Source: the human T2T-CHM13v2.0 reference genome, Homo sapiens
Strand: one strand, 5' to 3'
DNA: 64,000 nt
Assembly: GCF_009914755.1 (NCBI RefSeq)
Contig: NC_060937.1
The position numbers and the translations under genes are program-made. Below, in pieces: positions 1-14,749 of the stretch (the first letter of the stretch is position 1; each line of letters starts with the position of its first letter). Under the pieces are notes generated by a model, which was not told where the DNA came from, searched no databases, and was given only the letters and a program-made list of their open reading frames with translations.

Positions 1-1308
1 CTCCAGGTACACCCAGACCTCCCTATCCAGCTTGAGCCTCTCACTTGCCCCCTCCTAGAAATCCTTGCTCTAAACAAGCCCCAGTCTCACTCCTGCCCCT
101 CCAGCAGATGCCCAGTGAATTTTGGCCCAGTAAGGTCCAGGTCCCCTTCTCCCTACAGTACTTACAGCAAATTAAGGGAGATCTTCGAAAGTTTTCAGAT
201 GACCCTGATATATATAGAGAGGCTTTCAATAATTTGACCCAAATATTTGAACTCTCCTGGAGAGACATTATGTTACTTTTGAGTCAGACCTTGATGGACA
301 CTGAGAAACAGGCTGCTCCACAAGCAGCAGAGAATTGGGGATGACCGTTGCATCACATACAGTGTCAGGGAAGGGTGCAAATATTACCCAACTGGAAGAG
401 AAGCAGTACCAGTGAATGACCCTAAATGGGATCCCAATGATGAGGTGGAAGATTAGAAGAGGAGTCACTTTCAGGCATGCATAATGGAAGGCCTACATAG
501 AACTAGGACCAAGCATCTCAATTATACTAAGCTGCCCATGATTGACCAGGAAGTTGATGAAAATCCCACTGCCTTCCTGGAAAGACTAAGAGGGGCCTTG
601 TTAAAGCACCTCTCTATCTCCTGATTTAGTCGAGGGACAACTAATCCTAGAGGATACATTTATTACTCAGGCACCCCCTGATATCAGGAGGAAGTTACAA
701 AGATGGGCCCTGGGACCAAATAGTACATTAGAGGACCTCCTGAAAGTGGCTATGTCAATCTTTTATAATAGAGACAGGGAGGCCCAGGAAAGACAGCAAA
801 CACAGGAAAGAGATGGAAGTTTTAATGGCCACCAGGCAAGCCCACAAATCCAGGAATTCCCATGGTGCGCCTATTAACTGCTAAAAGATAGGGCAAGAAT
901 AGTTATCTCTCTTCTAAAGTTTAACCGCTCCCATACAAAGTTTAATTTCTTTCACCAGGGTGAAACAGCTAAGGGTATGATGCTGTTGTTAGTATATTGT
1001 ACTTCTTGTCAATGTAATCTTTGGCATTAAATTATTTCCTTGTATAATACATATGTTTAACCCATGCATACTTAACCTTATAAAACTTGCTTTTTTCTCT
1101 CGCACCTAGAAGCCGTCGAACTCCACATGATCAGGCAACCAGACCATTGGACAATGGTTCTCCTTTGCTAGGAACCCTTAGACAGACTCTGGAAGGAATC
1201 TGGCTGCTATTTTCCCCAAAACAATGCCCTTGTCAGCAGGAAGCAGCTAAGACTGGTCATTCTGCATATTCTAATGTCAGTTTGATGCACCTCTTCAGAG
1301 GGGGGAAA
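1..1308 (+). mobile_element. Class I ERV (ERV1; HUERS/HERV9/W-related) internal remnant: decayed gag capsid plus 3' region and PPT
   Basis: ORF 45-344 (QQIKGDLRKFSDDPDIYREAFNNLTQIFELSWRDIMLLLSQTL) resembles gammaretroviral Gag p30. It continues with stops to ~800 (ENPTAFLERLRGALLKH, TFITQAPPDIRRKLQ-like). Polypurine tract AGAGGGGGGAAA at 1297-1308 precedes the LTR. No pro/pol seen. Confidence 0.85.
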
Positions 1309-2041
1309 TGATACGGGAGTGCTGGGAAGGGAAGACAATGGTCCCTTTAAGTGATATGGAAAAGGGGGAAGGGAAGTGCATGGAGGGCATGGTCCCTGGC
1401 TAGGGCCCCACCCCCACAGACCTAGGTGAGGACAGACACTCCTGCTTCCGAGCCCAAATGTTGCATTTTCCAAGACCACCCTGGTCTGCCATGTCCCCAT
1501 CCTGGGCCTATAAAAACCTGAGACCCTAGCGGGTACACACACTATCTGCTGGACATCATGAGAAACACATCGGCACAAGAAGACACAAGGAGCTGGTCAT
1601 CAAGAACACACTGCTGGAAGAGCATGTCGAAAGGCACAGGCAGTCTAGCAGTCCATCAATTGCAGAAGGATGCGGAGTTTGTCTGGAGTGGTCGAAAAAG
1701 AGTCGGGCCGCTGAGCAGCCCAACTCCAGAGGAAAACCATCTCCCTTCTGGCTCCCCCATCGGCTGAGAGCTACTTCCACTCAATAAAACCTTGCACTCA
1801 TTCTCCAAGCCCATGTGTGATCCAATTCTTCTGGTACACCAAGACAAGAAACCCCAGGATACAGAAATCTCTCCTTCTGAAAAGGAAAGGGGTCTAATTG
1901 AGCTACTGAGCTGGTTAACACAAACTGCCTATAGACAGCAAACTAAAAAAACACCCTGTAATACATGCCCACTGGGGCTTCAGCTGTAAACACTCACCCC
2001 TAGACACTGCCGGAGGTTAGGGGCGGGTCAGAGCCCCACAG
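1309..2041 (+). mobile_element. 3' LTR of the ERV1 element (LTR9/LTR1/MER52-group-like), apparently truncated at the right end
   Basis: Starts with TG directly after the PPT (TGATACGGGAGTGCTGGGAAGGG). TATAAAAA at 1509-1516, AATAAA at 1783-1788. Subfamily from memory. Confidence 0.75.
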
Positions 2042-2100
2042 CAAGGAATGAAGAAGACAAAACCATGAAACAACAACAAAACAAAGAACAAAATGACAGC

Positions 2101-3152
<1,052 letters not shown>

Positions 3153-3154
3153 CT

Positions 3155-4345
3155 ATAAGAACAAGCAACCAAAGCAAAAATAAACAAATGGAATCATATC
3201 AAGGTGAAAAGCTTCTGCACAGCAAAGGCAACAATTAACAAAGTGAAGAGACAACCCACAGAATGGGAGAAATATTTGCAAACTGCCTATCTAACCAGAG
3301 ATCAATAACCAGAATATTTAAAGAGCTCAAACAACTATATAGGAAAGAATCTACTAATCTTATTTATAAATGGGCAAACAGCTGAACAGACATTTCTCAA
3401 AACAAGACATACCTCAAAACAAGACATACAAATGGCAAACAGGCATATGAAAAGGTGCTCAACATCATTGCTCATCAGAGAAATGCAAATCAAAACTACA
3501 ATTCAGTATTATCTCAGCCTAGTTAAAATGGCTTTTATCCAAAAGACAGGCAATAACAAGTGCTGGCAAGGATGTGAAGAAAAGCAAACCCTCGTACACT
3601 GTTAGTGGGAATGTAAATTAGCACAACCACTATGGAGAACAATTTGGCCATTCCCCAAAAAGCTAAGAACAGAGCTACCATATGACCCAGCAATCCTACT
3701 GCTAGGCATATACCCCAAATAAAGGAAATCAGTATATTGAAGAGATATCTGCACTCATGTTTTTTGCAGCAACATTCACAAAAGCCAAAATTTGGAAATA
3801 ATTTGAATGTCCATCAACAGACAAATGGATAGAAAACATTTGTTATGTATACCTAATGGAGTACTAGTCAGCCAGTATAAACAATGAAATTCTGTCATTT
3901 GCAACAACATGAATGAAACTGGAGGTCATTATGTTAAGTAAAATAAACCAGTCACAGAAAGGCAAACTTCACATGTTTCACTTATTTGTGGGAGACAAAG
4001 ATTGAAACAATTGAACTCATGAAGATAGAGAGCAGAAGGATGGTTATCAGAGGCTGGGAAAGGCAGTGGAGGTTGGGGGAAATGGGAATGTTTAATGTGT
4101 ACAAAAACTAGGATGAATAAGATCTAGCATTTGATCACACAACGGGTGACTGTAGTCAATTTAATTGTACACCTCAAAAGAACTAAAAAGGTATAATTGA
4201 ATTGTTTATAACACAAAGGTTAAATTATTGAGGTCATAGATACCCCGTTTACCTTGATGTGATTATTACACATTGTATGTTTGTTTCAAAATATCTCATA
4301 TGTAAATATATACACTTACCATGTACCCACACAAAAAAGTAAAAA
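3155..4345 (+). mobile_element. L1 (L1MA-type) ORF2 3' end and 3'UTR
   Basis: AAGCAACCAAAGCAAAAATAAACAAATGG...AAAAGCTTCTGCACAGCAAAGG...GAAATGCAAATCAAAACTACA motifs; ends CCATGTACCCACACAAAAAA. Confidence 0.9.
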
Positions 4346-4349
4346 GGAA

Positions 4350-5075
4350 AAACAAACAAGCTAAAAACAAAGAAACTTTCCAACAAAGAGAAGTCCAAGA
4401 CCGGATGGCTTCATGGCTAAATTCTAGCAAACTTTGAAAGACAAATGTCAATACTTCTTAAACTCTTCAAAAAACAAACGGGGAGGGATTACCTTGTGAC
4501 ATATTTTATGAGGCTAGCCTCAGCTTTCTACCTAAGCCAGAAAAACATATCACAAGAAAAGAAAACTACGGGCTAGTATCTCTAGTAAAACTTGATACAA
4601 AAATTCTTAATAAAATATTAGTAAATAAAATTTAAAACACAACAAAATGATTATACATCAAGATCAAGTGGAATTTATCTGTGGAATTCAAGGCTGCTTT
4701 AACATATGTCAATTAAGCAATATGATGCATACATTGACAGACTGAAGAACAAAAAAAAAATGTGATCATCTAAATTGACACTGAAAAGTATTCTACAAAG
4801 TTCATCCTTTTTTGATAAAAACGCTCAACACTTTAGATGTAGAAGAAAAATATCTCATCATAATGAAAGTCATTTATTAAAAACTCACACATCACTACAT
4901 CATAATCAATGGAAGGAAACTGAAAACTTTTCCTCTAAAATGTGGTTTAAGGCAAGGACACACACTCTTCCCACTTCTATTGTACGAGAAGTATCAGCAA
5001 GAAAAATCAGACAAGAAAAAGTAATACAAGGAATTCAAATAGAAAAGAAAGATATAAAATTATCTCTATTTGACA
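4350..5075 (+). mobile_element. Old L1 ORF2 (RT region) fragment
   Basis: AAGTCCAAGACCGGATGGCTTCA (PDGF-like), AAAACTACGGGCTAGTATCTC and GATCAAGTGGAATTTATC (DQVGFI-like) motifs. Confidence 0.8.
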
Positions 5076-8022
5076 GTTTCATCATTTTAACATTTTCTTT
5101 CTTGTTTATTCCTACTCTCACCTCATTCTTATGTTTTTGTTTTTCTGGAAATCAATAAAATTAATGTAGGACATACAGGTTCTCACATTTTTGTACTTTA
5201 TATTTTTTATCAAGTATAAAAATCAATTTGTCTTTTATTTATATTATTTCTGTTCTTCAGCAATTTTTAAGTATAAAATATCTTTTTAAAAATGTTTAGT
5301 AATACATTTTTTAACTTTTCCTTTGCAGAAGTGACTTTTGTGTTTGATCATGCAAAATTACTCTGAAAAATTTTGGAGGTTCATAATTTCTGAAGTTCTC
5401 TTTTTGTATCTCAGATTTTTTTTTAATTGAATTATTTTTTTTCTGCTTTAAAACTTATTTTTATTTACCACTGATGATAAATTACATATTATATTAGAGA
5501 TATAGATGAATAAAATTCTTAAGTTTTTAGTAAAGATTGATCAGCAGGCAAGGCAGTTCTCATAAACATCACCACATTTGCCAATATTTTTAGGAGACAT
5601 CATGAAAATTAGTGGGTTTGCAAGTATTTTATATATTGCATAATTAAATATTCAAAAGTATGTATAAAATCATTACTCTTCTATACATTAAATAAAATTA
5701 TCAGGAGAATTTGACAAGAAAAGGCAGGTAGCTAATAAAATTTTTTTAAAAAGCAGCAGTCTAAGTGCATAAATAAGAGAGTTTTGCCCTGGATTTTTTT
5801 GGTCTGTTTAAAAATAGTTTGATTTCAGAAGAACTGACTGAAATATGGTATCCATAACAAAGTCTAGACATGCACTGCTCCAATATCGACCCCACTCTAG
5901 CCTTCACTAAAGTATTTGATTTTGCCACCAAATCTTATTACTAACAATTAAAGTGCACAAAGTTTCCATTACCTCATTTATCTGTTCCAGTCTGCCTTTC
6001 CTTAAGCACTAGCTATTTTGTTTGCAATGTTTTCCAAAAATCAAAAAATCAAAATGCTACATAATTTTTAGAGAAGCAAAATTATTTTAAAATTATGTAA
6101 TATTTGAGTCAAAGTTTTGGTATTTCTTCAAAAATCACTTTACTTTTGCATATTATTACATTTTCCTTCTTTATATAGATAAATAAAGGCCTTAAGGCAG
6201 ACTCAGCCATAATACTTGCAAGAAGGTTGGGTACAAATGGCAGCCCACATACCATATGTCTAGAGACTTAAAAGTTACCAGATTGTGAAATAAAGTATAA
6301 TCTATGCTTCTACTTTGTCGAATGTACCTTTATAAACTCTTGAAAATCCAAGTTTGAATTTGAAAATATTGAACTCCCTTTATTGCCAGGGTGAAATATA
6401 GCACCATGGACAGTGCCAGTCCTGGCCTCCCTCTCACAATTGCCTCCCTCCCTGACTCTGCACTACAGGGATCTGGAGAGCATGCAGGTGAACACAGCTG
6501 CCCACATGGTCAAGTTTTGTTTATCCATACTGTAAACAAGTCATCTTGGCCTCTATCTACAGGGACAGAACTAGAGTAAGAGCCCATGCAGACACTGGTA
6601 TTGGTCTCAGAACAATTGTGACTCAGAATTTCATTCTCAGGCACCCACAGCCTGATCTACAAAGTGGAGGCATGAACTCTAAGTGGGAGCATTTTCTTGG
6701 CCCATGGGGAGAGGCATATATGAAAATGGGATCCAGTAAAGCTTCAGAAAAAAGTGGCCCAATATATTTGACCCTTTTGCCAGGTTTTAAGGGCATCAGT
6801 GCCTGATCATGTGGGGAATTAGCTTAATGAAGTGGTAACGTCCAAGTACAATACCAGGTGAACTATATCTCAGATGTCACTGGAACTGAATCACTCACAA
6901 ACCAATTTAAGGTGGTTGAAACACACAGCTTAACAAATTAAATTGAAATGGATTAAGAGAAGCAGGAGAAAGATGCTATAGAGGGAAATATACTTATGAT
7001 AAGGCACACATTTGTGGAAGGATCACACCACTTGAATCCTGAGTTATGCAACATTCATATGTAATTTCTCTATTTCCTATCTATCTATTTGTTTCTTCCC
7101 TCCCCTTTACCCTCACTGTACCATTCTCCACAGATGGTTTGGTTATAAGGACCAGAGTCAAGGTTTGATCACAGGAACTCCAACAGATGGAAAATGTGTA
7201 GGCCAATGATACACACACATCTTATATTAGAATGATACATTAAAATATGCTTTGCCAATAGCTGTAGCTTGCCAATTATCCTGCTGAACAGCTACAAGTT
7301 TTATCTGTATTTTTTGGGCTGAGCACATATGGGCAGAGTGGGACCATACCGAGCGTCATCAATGGGTGGCCAATTTAGGAGAAATATAGCTGTCAGCCCA
7401 GAAATGCCATAATCATAATGTTTTCATGTATTTCTATCTAAAAGTGATACTCTTGTTTATTTCATCAAATTATCTATATACTGTTACTATCTTTATTGTT
7501 TCCTACATCTAACTTACTTTACATTTAGCCTATCTTAGGGTATCTAAATCTTTCGTGTTATTTACTCATCCTTTATGTATACCTAATGTATCCTATTAAT
7601 GTATCAGTAGTCTATGAACAAATAGGTTATTTATTATCTGTGTTTAACTTGTCTTATGAATTTTATCTTTCCTATTTTTTCTTATTCTTTATAACAAAAT
7701 TAAATATTTCCAAAAGGTACAGCAAACTCACATTATGTCTTAAAGTTTCCATCTCCTTTGCTGTTTCATCTCCTTTGCTGTTACTGGTCTAAATGAAAAA
7801 ATCATTCATTTTGTCATATGAGTAAATTAATAAGCTATTTTCTTTTGAAAACACCCCATAGCAGATATCACAAGTTAACGTGAAACAGAGTCTAAAAGTG
7901 CTTTAAAAGTAGGGATTAAATATTTTCTTCTTCCTCATTCTACTTCTGCCAATCCTTTGACTTTTTCCATATATTCTGAAATGTTCCATTGAGAAAATAT
8001 AAATTTAAAAAAGGAAGAACAA

Positions 8023-8334
8023 GGCCGGGCACAGTGGCTCATGCCTGTAATCCCAGCACTTTGGGAGGCCGAGGTGGGCAGATCATGAGATCAGGAGATC
8101 AAGACCATCCTGGCTAACATGGTGAAACCCCGTCTCTACTAAAAATACAAAAAATTAGCTGGGCATGGTGGCGGGCACCTGTAGTCCCAGCTGCTCAGGA
8201 GGCTGAGGGAGGAGAATCACTTGAACCTGGGACCACAGGTTTCAGTGAGCTGAGATCGCGCCACTGCACTCCAGCCTGGGCTACAGAGCGAGACTCTGTC
8301 TCAAAAAAAAAAAGAAAAAGAAAAAAGAAAAAAA
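8023..8334 (+). mobile_element. Alu (AluSc/Y-like), full length
   Basis: GGCCGGGCACAGTGGCTC...GAGATCAAGACCATCCTGGCTAAC...GAGACTCTGTCTC followed by an A-rich tail. Confidence 0.95.
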
Positions 8335-9129
8335 TATATATCAAGCTTAGATCTGTTGCTATGTGTTAGCAAAGGTCAAATTTCAGCAGATTAGAAAGGT
8401 TTCCAATCAATGAGTCAAGGTAGATTTAATATGAAATGTGTTTACTGTTCCCTTTGTCCATCAATTGGGATAAGGAGAATTGTATGTTCAATTTATCAGT
8501 GGTTAGCGTTTCCATGGTTGTAATATAATTTGTGACATGCTTTTATTCTAAATACTTATCAGAGTCTATTAAATATCATTCCTTTCAGCTTTACCTTTCA
8601 ACTAGATGTGAACAAATATCTTTTGAATATTTAGCAGCTTCTGTTTTCCAAAAGATCCTTATTATTCCATATTTAGCTAAAGCTGTTCACGCAATGAATG
8701 TCTGCAATTTAGAGCTAGACACCCAGCAACAAAATGCTACATGAACTTCCTCCATTTTTTGCTGCAAGAAATTAATTTTAAGGAGAGTTTTGCAATTATT
8801 CTTATACAGTTTTATACAATTAATTGGTCTGAATAATTTACATACAGGTGACTCTTCATTAGATTCTGATTTGCATTAATTTACACCCATATATGTTCAC
8901 ATGCAAATAAGCTATTGTATAATTATTCATGTGGTAGGAAATGGCAATATCAAGTTTCATTAGTATAATTAGAATCAATTCAATAGCAGATGTTAGTGCC
9001 TTCCTTCCTTATTTAGTTTATTTCTTTTCTATGTATTTCTAGGGTAGAGAATTACTAAACTAATTCTACTCCACATTTTATAGCCCATCATCAGCTTTGG
9101 GTCTTTAAAGCCTAATATTTTGTTTTGTT

Positions 9130-9800
9130 GGAAAAGTATATGTTATGGGTCCTGGAAATACAGCAGTGACAAAACCACCATATTCCTTGTGGTGATTTTA
9201 GTGAACATGAGAGAATCACGTACGTGAATTTTAACCTATGCCAGTCATCAATAAGCACTACAGAGGAAACCAAACAGGGTAAGGGGATCCAAAATGCTGG
9301 GGCAGGGAAAAAGTGAACTGTGGTCAGGAAATGACTCATGATAAGCTAAGATATGTAGAATAGAGAGTGCCAAAAACATGAGGATATGTGGAAAGAGCGA
9401 GAATTAAAATAATAGTAATAACGTTAAAGGAGAGAACCTGATTGGTATCCAGCAAAGAGGCTAGTGTGGTTGACATATCAACTATCAAGGTAGAGTGTTA
9501 GAAGATGAATCCATAAAAATGAGGGTAAGGATCATGGAGAAACATTAGCCCCTTTAACTACTGTGGATTTTATTTCCATTCAAAGGGGGAAATGTTGTAG
9601 GAATTCAAACAGAGAGAAGACATGATCTGACCTGAGGTTTTCGGTGGATCATTTGGCTGCATTGTGATGAAAAGACCATAGGTAAGGCAGGACAGCAGCA
9701 AATATACTAGTTGGGCACATTGACAAAAATCTAGGTGAGGTGCTGCAGTATTTGGAGCAGCATTACAGCAGTAGAGAAGCAGTTTGGGACTTACTATGTA
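9130..9800 (-). mobile_element. L2 fragment (ancient)
   Basis: CCTGGAAATACAGCAGTGACAAAAC and GAGAGAAGACATGATCTGACCTGAGGTTTT...GATCATTTGGCTGC resemble the antisense L2 3' region. Confidence 0.6.
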
Positions 9801-9809
9801 CATGGAATA

Positions 9810-9990
9810 TGGCCTCAGATGACCTGGCTTCTAAATCTGGTTCATGAGCACAGTGATATGATATTGAAAAATTTATGTAATCTCTCTCAGGCTCAGTAAC
9901 TTCATCCATAAGTGAGGCCTATATATGTAAACATGAGGTAATCACAGTAAAGTGCAAGACACAATACTGAGTGTAGAATAAAATTTGAAT
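9810..9990. mobile_element. MIR fragment
   Basis: GACCTGGCTTCTAAATCTGG...AATCTCTCTCAGGCTCAGTAACTTCATCCATAA resembles the MIR core. Confidence 0.5.
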
Positions 9991-11504
9991 AATATATTAA
10001 GTTTATTTAATGTCAGATAGAGAAAATAGATTAAAATGGTGAGAAAGGAAATATAATAAATGTACTAAAAATGCTGGATTGCAAATTTTTAAGAGGGCAC
10101 ATTTTGTGGTATAAAAATTGTTCAATAATAAAAGGAAACAAAAATGAACCACAGTAATTTTCTGAATATACATTTTTGTATACATCTTTTGGAGTTATAT
10201 TAATGTTTTACATACTTATGTAAATCATAAAAGCAAAAGAAAAAACTCTAAATGGAATATAAATAGAAACAAATTACCATATTTTAAATAAATAACACAA
10301 CTACGCCACCCAGAACTAGGGAAAAGGAATTAATTTAGAAATTTTGGAATATAGCATTTTGGCCATCCAAACTCAGGCTAATGCCGAAAGGAATATAAAC
10401 AAATGTAGTTCAATTAGTACATTTGTTACTCAGAGTGTGTTATCTAATAATTTTGAAACTATTTGTATATTCTAGGATTGAATGAATAATTAAATATACC
10501 AGGGCTAAGTAAATAATAAATATGTTGGAGGTATCATTATGCAATCTTGTTAAGACAAGCAAAATAGATTTAAATGTATAAACGTGTATTAAGAGGATAT
10601 CAGAATTAAGCAATAGATTATTTTAACTATTAGTCTTATGTTTTCAATTATATTTTATTTTTCATGACCTATATCTGTCCCATTCCTCTTAAAATTCAGC
10701 TGTAATTTTTATAACATAAAATCACATAACAATAACATGTTTGATGACTATTCTGCCACAAGTCTCTTTGTTATATAACTCAATTTTTCATTTCTATTCA
10801 CTCCAAAACATAAGCAATCTTGATAATATATAACAAGATAGCAAATATGAAGTAGATTTCAGCTTTAAATTTTGTACTGTGAATCACATGAAGAAATACT
10901 GATCCAATCATAATAATCCACACAAGTTTTCAAAAATTAACTTTTATGAAATTATAGTTTTATGGGTTTTATTCATTGTGTAAATAATAAATCATACACG
11001 AAGAATATATTATGATCTGTGATTTAAGGGACTATATCATGAAGTCAAAATAATTAAAGACATATAAAAAATTAAATATCCAAATTATAAAAACAAACAT
11101 CAACATTCAAGAGCTATAGAAACTGCTACCTCATAGAACTTTCTGTCTTCTTCCTGGGTCTCAGTATAAATAGTGCTTTGACATAAAATATTTCCTGATC
11201 TGTCTATATGACATAGGCATTCTTAAACATGTCACTCTCTACTTTTAATATTTAAATTAATGACATTTACCATGGTATTTTGGGAAAAATAGGAGGGGAG
11301 AGTAAAATATACTGGTATTTGCATATTATTGCAAAAATAAATCACATAGGATAAAGTATAGCCTAACAAGCTTGGTTATCTAGAGAAAATGGAAAGAAAT
11401 GGGGTGAAAATGATAAAAGTAATGGGAAGAAACATCACTTTTCTGACTGGCCCTTTTTATATAATTCTGAACTAACTTTGACTTGGTTACCTGTCAAATA
11501 CAAG

Positions 11505-11965
11505 CAATTGGATATTTGTGTCCCCCCAAAATTTGTATGTTGAATTTGTCATTTCAATATGATGGTATTTGGTGGTGGGGCTTTTGAGTGTAATTAAGTC
11601 ATGAGGGTGGAGCCCTTAGGAATGGGATTTGTACCCTTATAAGAATAAGCTATATAAAGTCCTAGCTACTCAGAAGGCCGAGGCAGGAGAATTCTTGAGT
11701 CCAGGAGTTTGGCTGGACAACATAGCAAGTCCCTTCTCAAAGAAAAAGGAAAATAAATAAAAGCCACAGAACTAGGTAGCTCTCTTTTTACCATTATAAG
11801 ACACAACTGGAAATCAGCATTCTGCAGTTCAGAAAAGGGTCCTCATCAGAACCTTACAGTGCTGCCACCTTAATCTCGGACTTCCAGCTTCCAGAACTTT
11901 GATAAATAATGCTGCTTATAAGCCACCCAATCCATGGTACATTGTGTGGCACCTGAACTAAGACA
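11505..11965 (+). mobile_element. MLT1-type MaLR solo LTR with an inserted Alu monomer fragment (~11655-11762)
   Basis: TTTGTGTCCCCCCAAAATTTGTATGTTGAA...GGACTTCCAGCTTCCAGAAC...GAACTAAGACA. Internal AGTCCTAGCTACTCAGAAGGCCGAGGCAGGAGAA plus A-tail. Confidence 0.8.
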
Positions 11966-12652
11966 GTAACATTTCAAATACTCAAATAAAGAAAATAACT
12001 GTAATAAACAAGAATGGGGAAACAATCCTTAAAATCATATTGTAAGTGAGTTACATAACATCAATTATGGACAGATGAAATAAAGCATAATATTGAATTA
12101 TTAACTATATATATAGTTAAATAAATACATAACATAACTACACCACACAAAAGTGGGGAAAATGAATTAACTTAGAAATTTTGGAATATAGCATTTTGGC
12201 CGTCCAAATATATATTGGCCATATTGATATATATTATATATAATATTCCTGAGGATATCAGCACTCTAATTGATAGGCTTTTGTTAATTTTTCACAGACT
12301 CATCATTTATAGAATTTAAAACTATGATATGTATATTCAAGGACACACAAGTAAATATATATTGGATAATTTTTTTATTAACAGAGAAAATAAATATAGA
12401 TATGGAAAAGAAGAAAGGATGAATTCTGCCATTTTGTTTGAAATAAGATCATAGTGAAATCATGATTTTAAATGTAGAAATCTCTACTCTGTGTGTTTGC
12501 ATATGTGCATATGTGTATGAGTGTGAGTGTGCACACATACATACACGTGCGCGTAGGTATGAATGGCTGTGAATGCATGCCTCTGTTTCCTATCTCTGTC
12601 CATTAAGATGCCCAAGAAGTAATGCCACCCCGAAAGCAATGAGCACAATTAG

Positions 12653-13057
<405 letters not shown>

Positions 13058-14749
13058 TGAACCTGAAACATCTTGTGGTGGTAGACAACAGAGATGTACT
13101 CAAAGAACAATGGAGACATGTATAAAAGAAAATGAGCCGTCTTAAAGGGACTACCAATAATAGAAAAAGGTTATGACCTAGTGAATGAAATAAGAAACTA
13201 TTAAACACACTGATGTAAAAAAGAAATGCATACATAGATATATTAATACTGAAATAAATGGTGAAACAGGAATAGTACTCTCTTATGACAGAAAAGCTCT
13301 CTAAACCATGTAGAAGTAATATGGGATTAGAAAGAAAGTGTCAAAGAATAGTTACACAAATTATTGCATCTAAAATCATTAATAAGTTCTAAAACTTTAC
13401 ACATTCTTTGTGGTTTCTCCTTTATCATATGTCAATTTAATATACACATATAAATAAATAACATTTATATATACACATGCTAAATATGTGTTTAAGCTAT
13501 CCTTTCTTATAAAATCTTTTGGTCATGAACCACAGACTATTTTTTATTACTTCTGCTTTGGTTACATTAATATCTGTAAGGATGAGTACACTTTTTTAAT
13601 CCTTTCATTTATTTCTCTTTATCTCTTCCTCTCTCATTTTTTTCTTTCTCAAATTATCTTCAAATTTCTTTCTGATTTTTTAAGCACGTGTATGATATAT
13701 AAAATTTCTAAGAACGTATTTACAGTATTTTTATAGAATTCTATTCTTTTCTTGCACATGCCCAATATTTGTGGATATTAAGTATACAGTGAATTAAGTT
13801 TTTAAAGTTTTCACCTCATTTCTGAATTTGCTTTGCTTTCTTTATTCTTTCATGTTTTTTATTCTTTTGTTTTTTGAGTGTATATTTTTTCCAGCTTTCT
13901 TATGTTAAATAATTAATTTTGATGATTCATTGCATGAATAAGAAATAATAGTTTATTTATACAATCAGACTGTCTTCCCGAAATGTAATTATTAATTCAA
14001 AATAATAATTACTGTACAATGAGGAAACCCAGTGGGTCATCATATTATCCAGGTAATCAAAATAAACATGATGGAGCAAATCAGTAACTTTTGCCTGAGA
14101 AGACCACACATTTCTGCAGTAAACCTGCCAACTTGAATAGCCTCATTTTAGTTACGATAAAATATCAAATTGAGGAGTGTTCTATGAAATGTCTTCAGAG
14201 AAAAATAATATAAGATGGAAGAGTGAACTTGTAGACAATATCTAAAAAGCATAAATAATAAAAAAATGAGTGAACTATTGTGAAATTAAACTATTCTGAT
14301 TGACAAAAAACTCTATAGACAAAATTAACCAATTTAGGATAGTTTAAAGATTATATCTAGATAATCTTATACTGGGAGTTAATATTTGAAATATTCAGCA
14401 AATTACTGACTGTAAGAATGAATATACGGAAGCCTGTTAGAAAAATTATCTAAGCATAACAACAAGTAGATTATAGACAAAATAGGCTGGTCCCTGAAAG
14501 GAATGTACAAATGTATTTGAATTGACATTGTAGGACTGACTTCCTAGTGTAATTCTAACACATTTCATTAGTAGATAGCCACTTTTCATACTCAATAGTT
14601 CAGGTCCTCTACATACCTATCATGAGATGATTGCAGGTGCAAAATGTAGTTTGTATATACTGTGGACAAACAATGCAACAGTCAGAAACAACCCATTAGA
14701 TGTAGTTACAGGTACACAGAGAGTTCTTATGAACAAATGGTGGTTGGAA

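Noticed and set aside
6190-6810. GC-richer island with two short ORFs
   Set aside because: No recognisable protein similarity; probably an ancient repeat I cannot classify.
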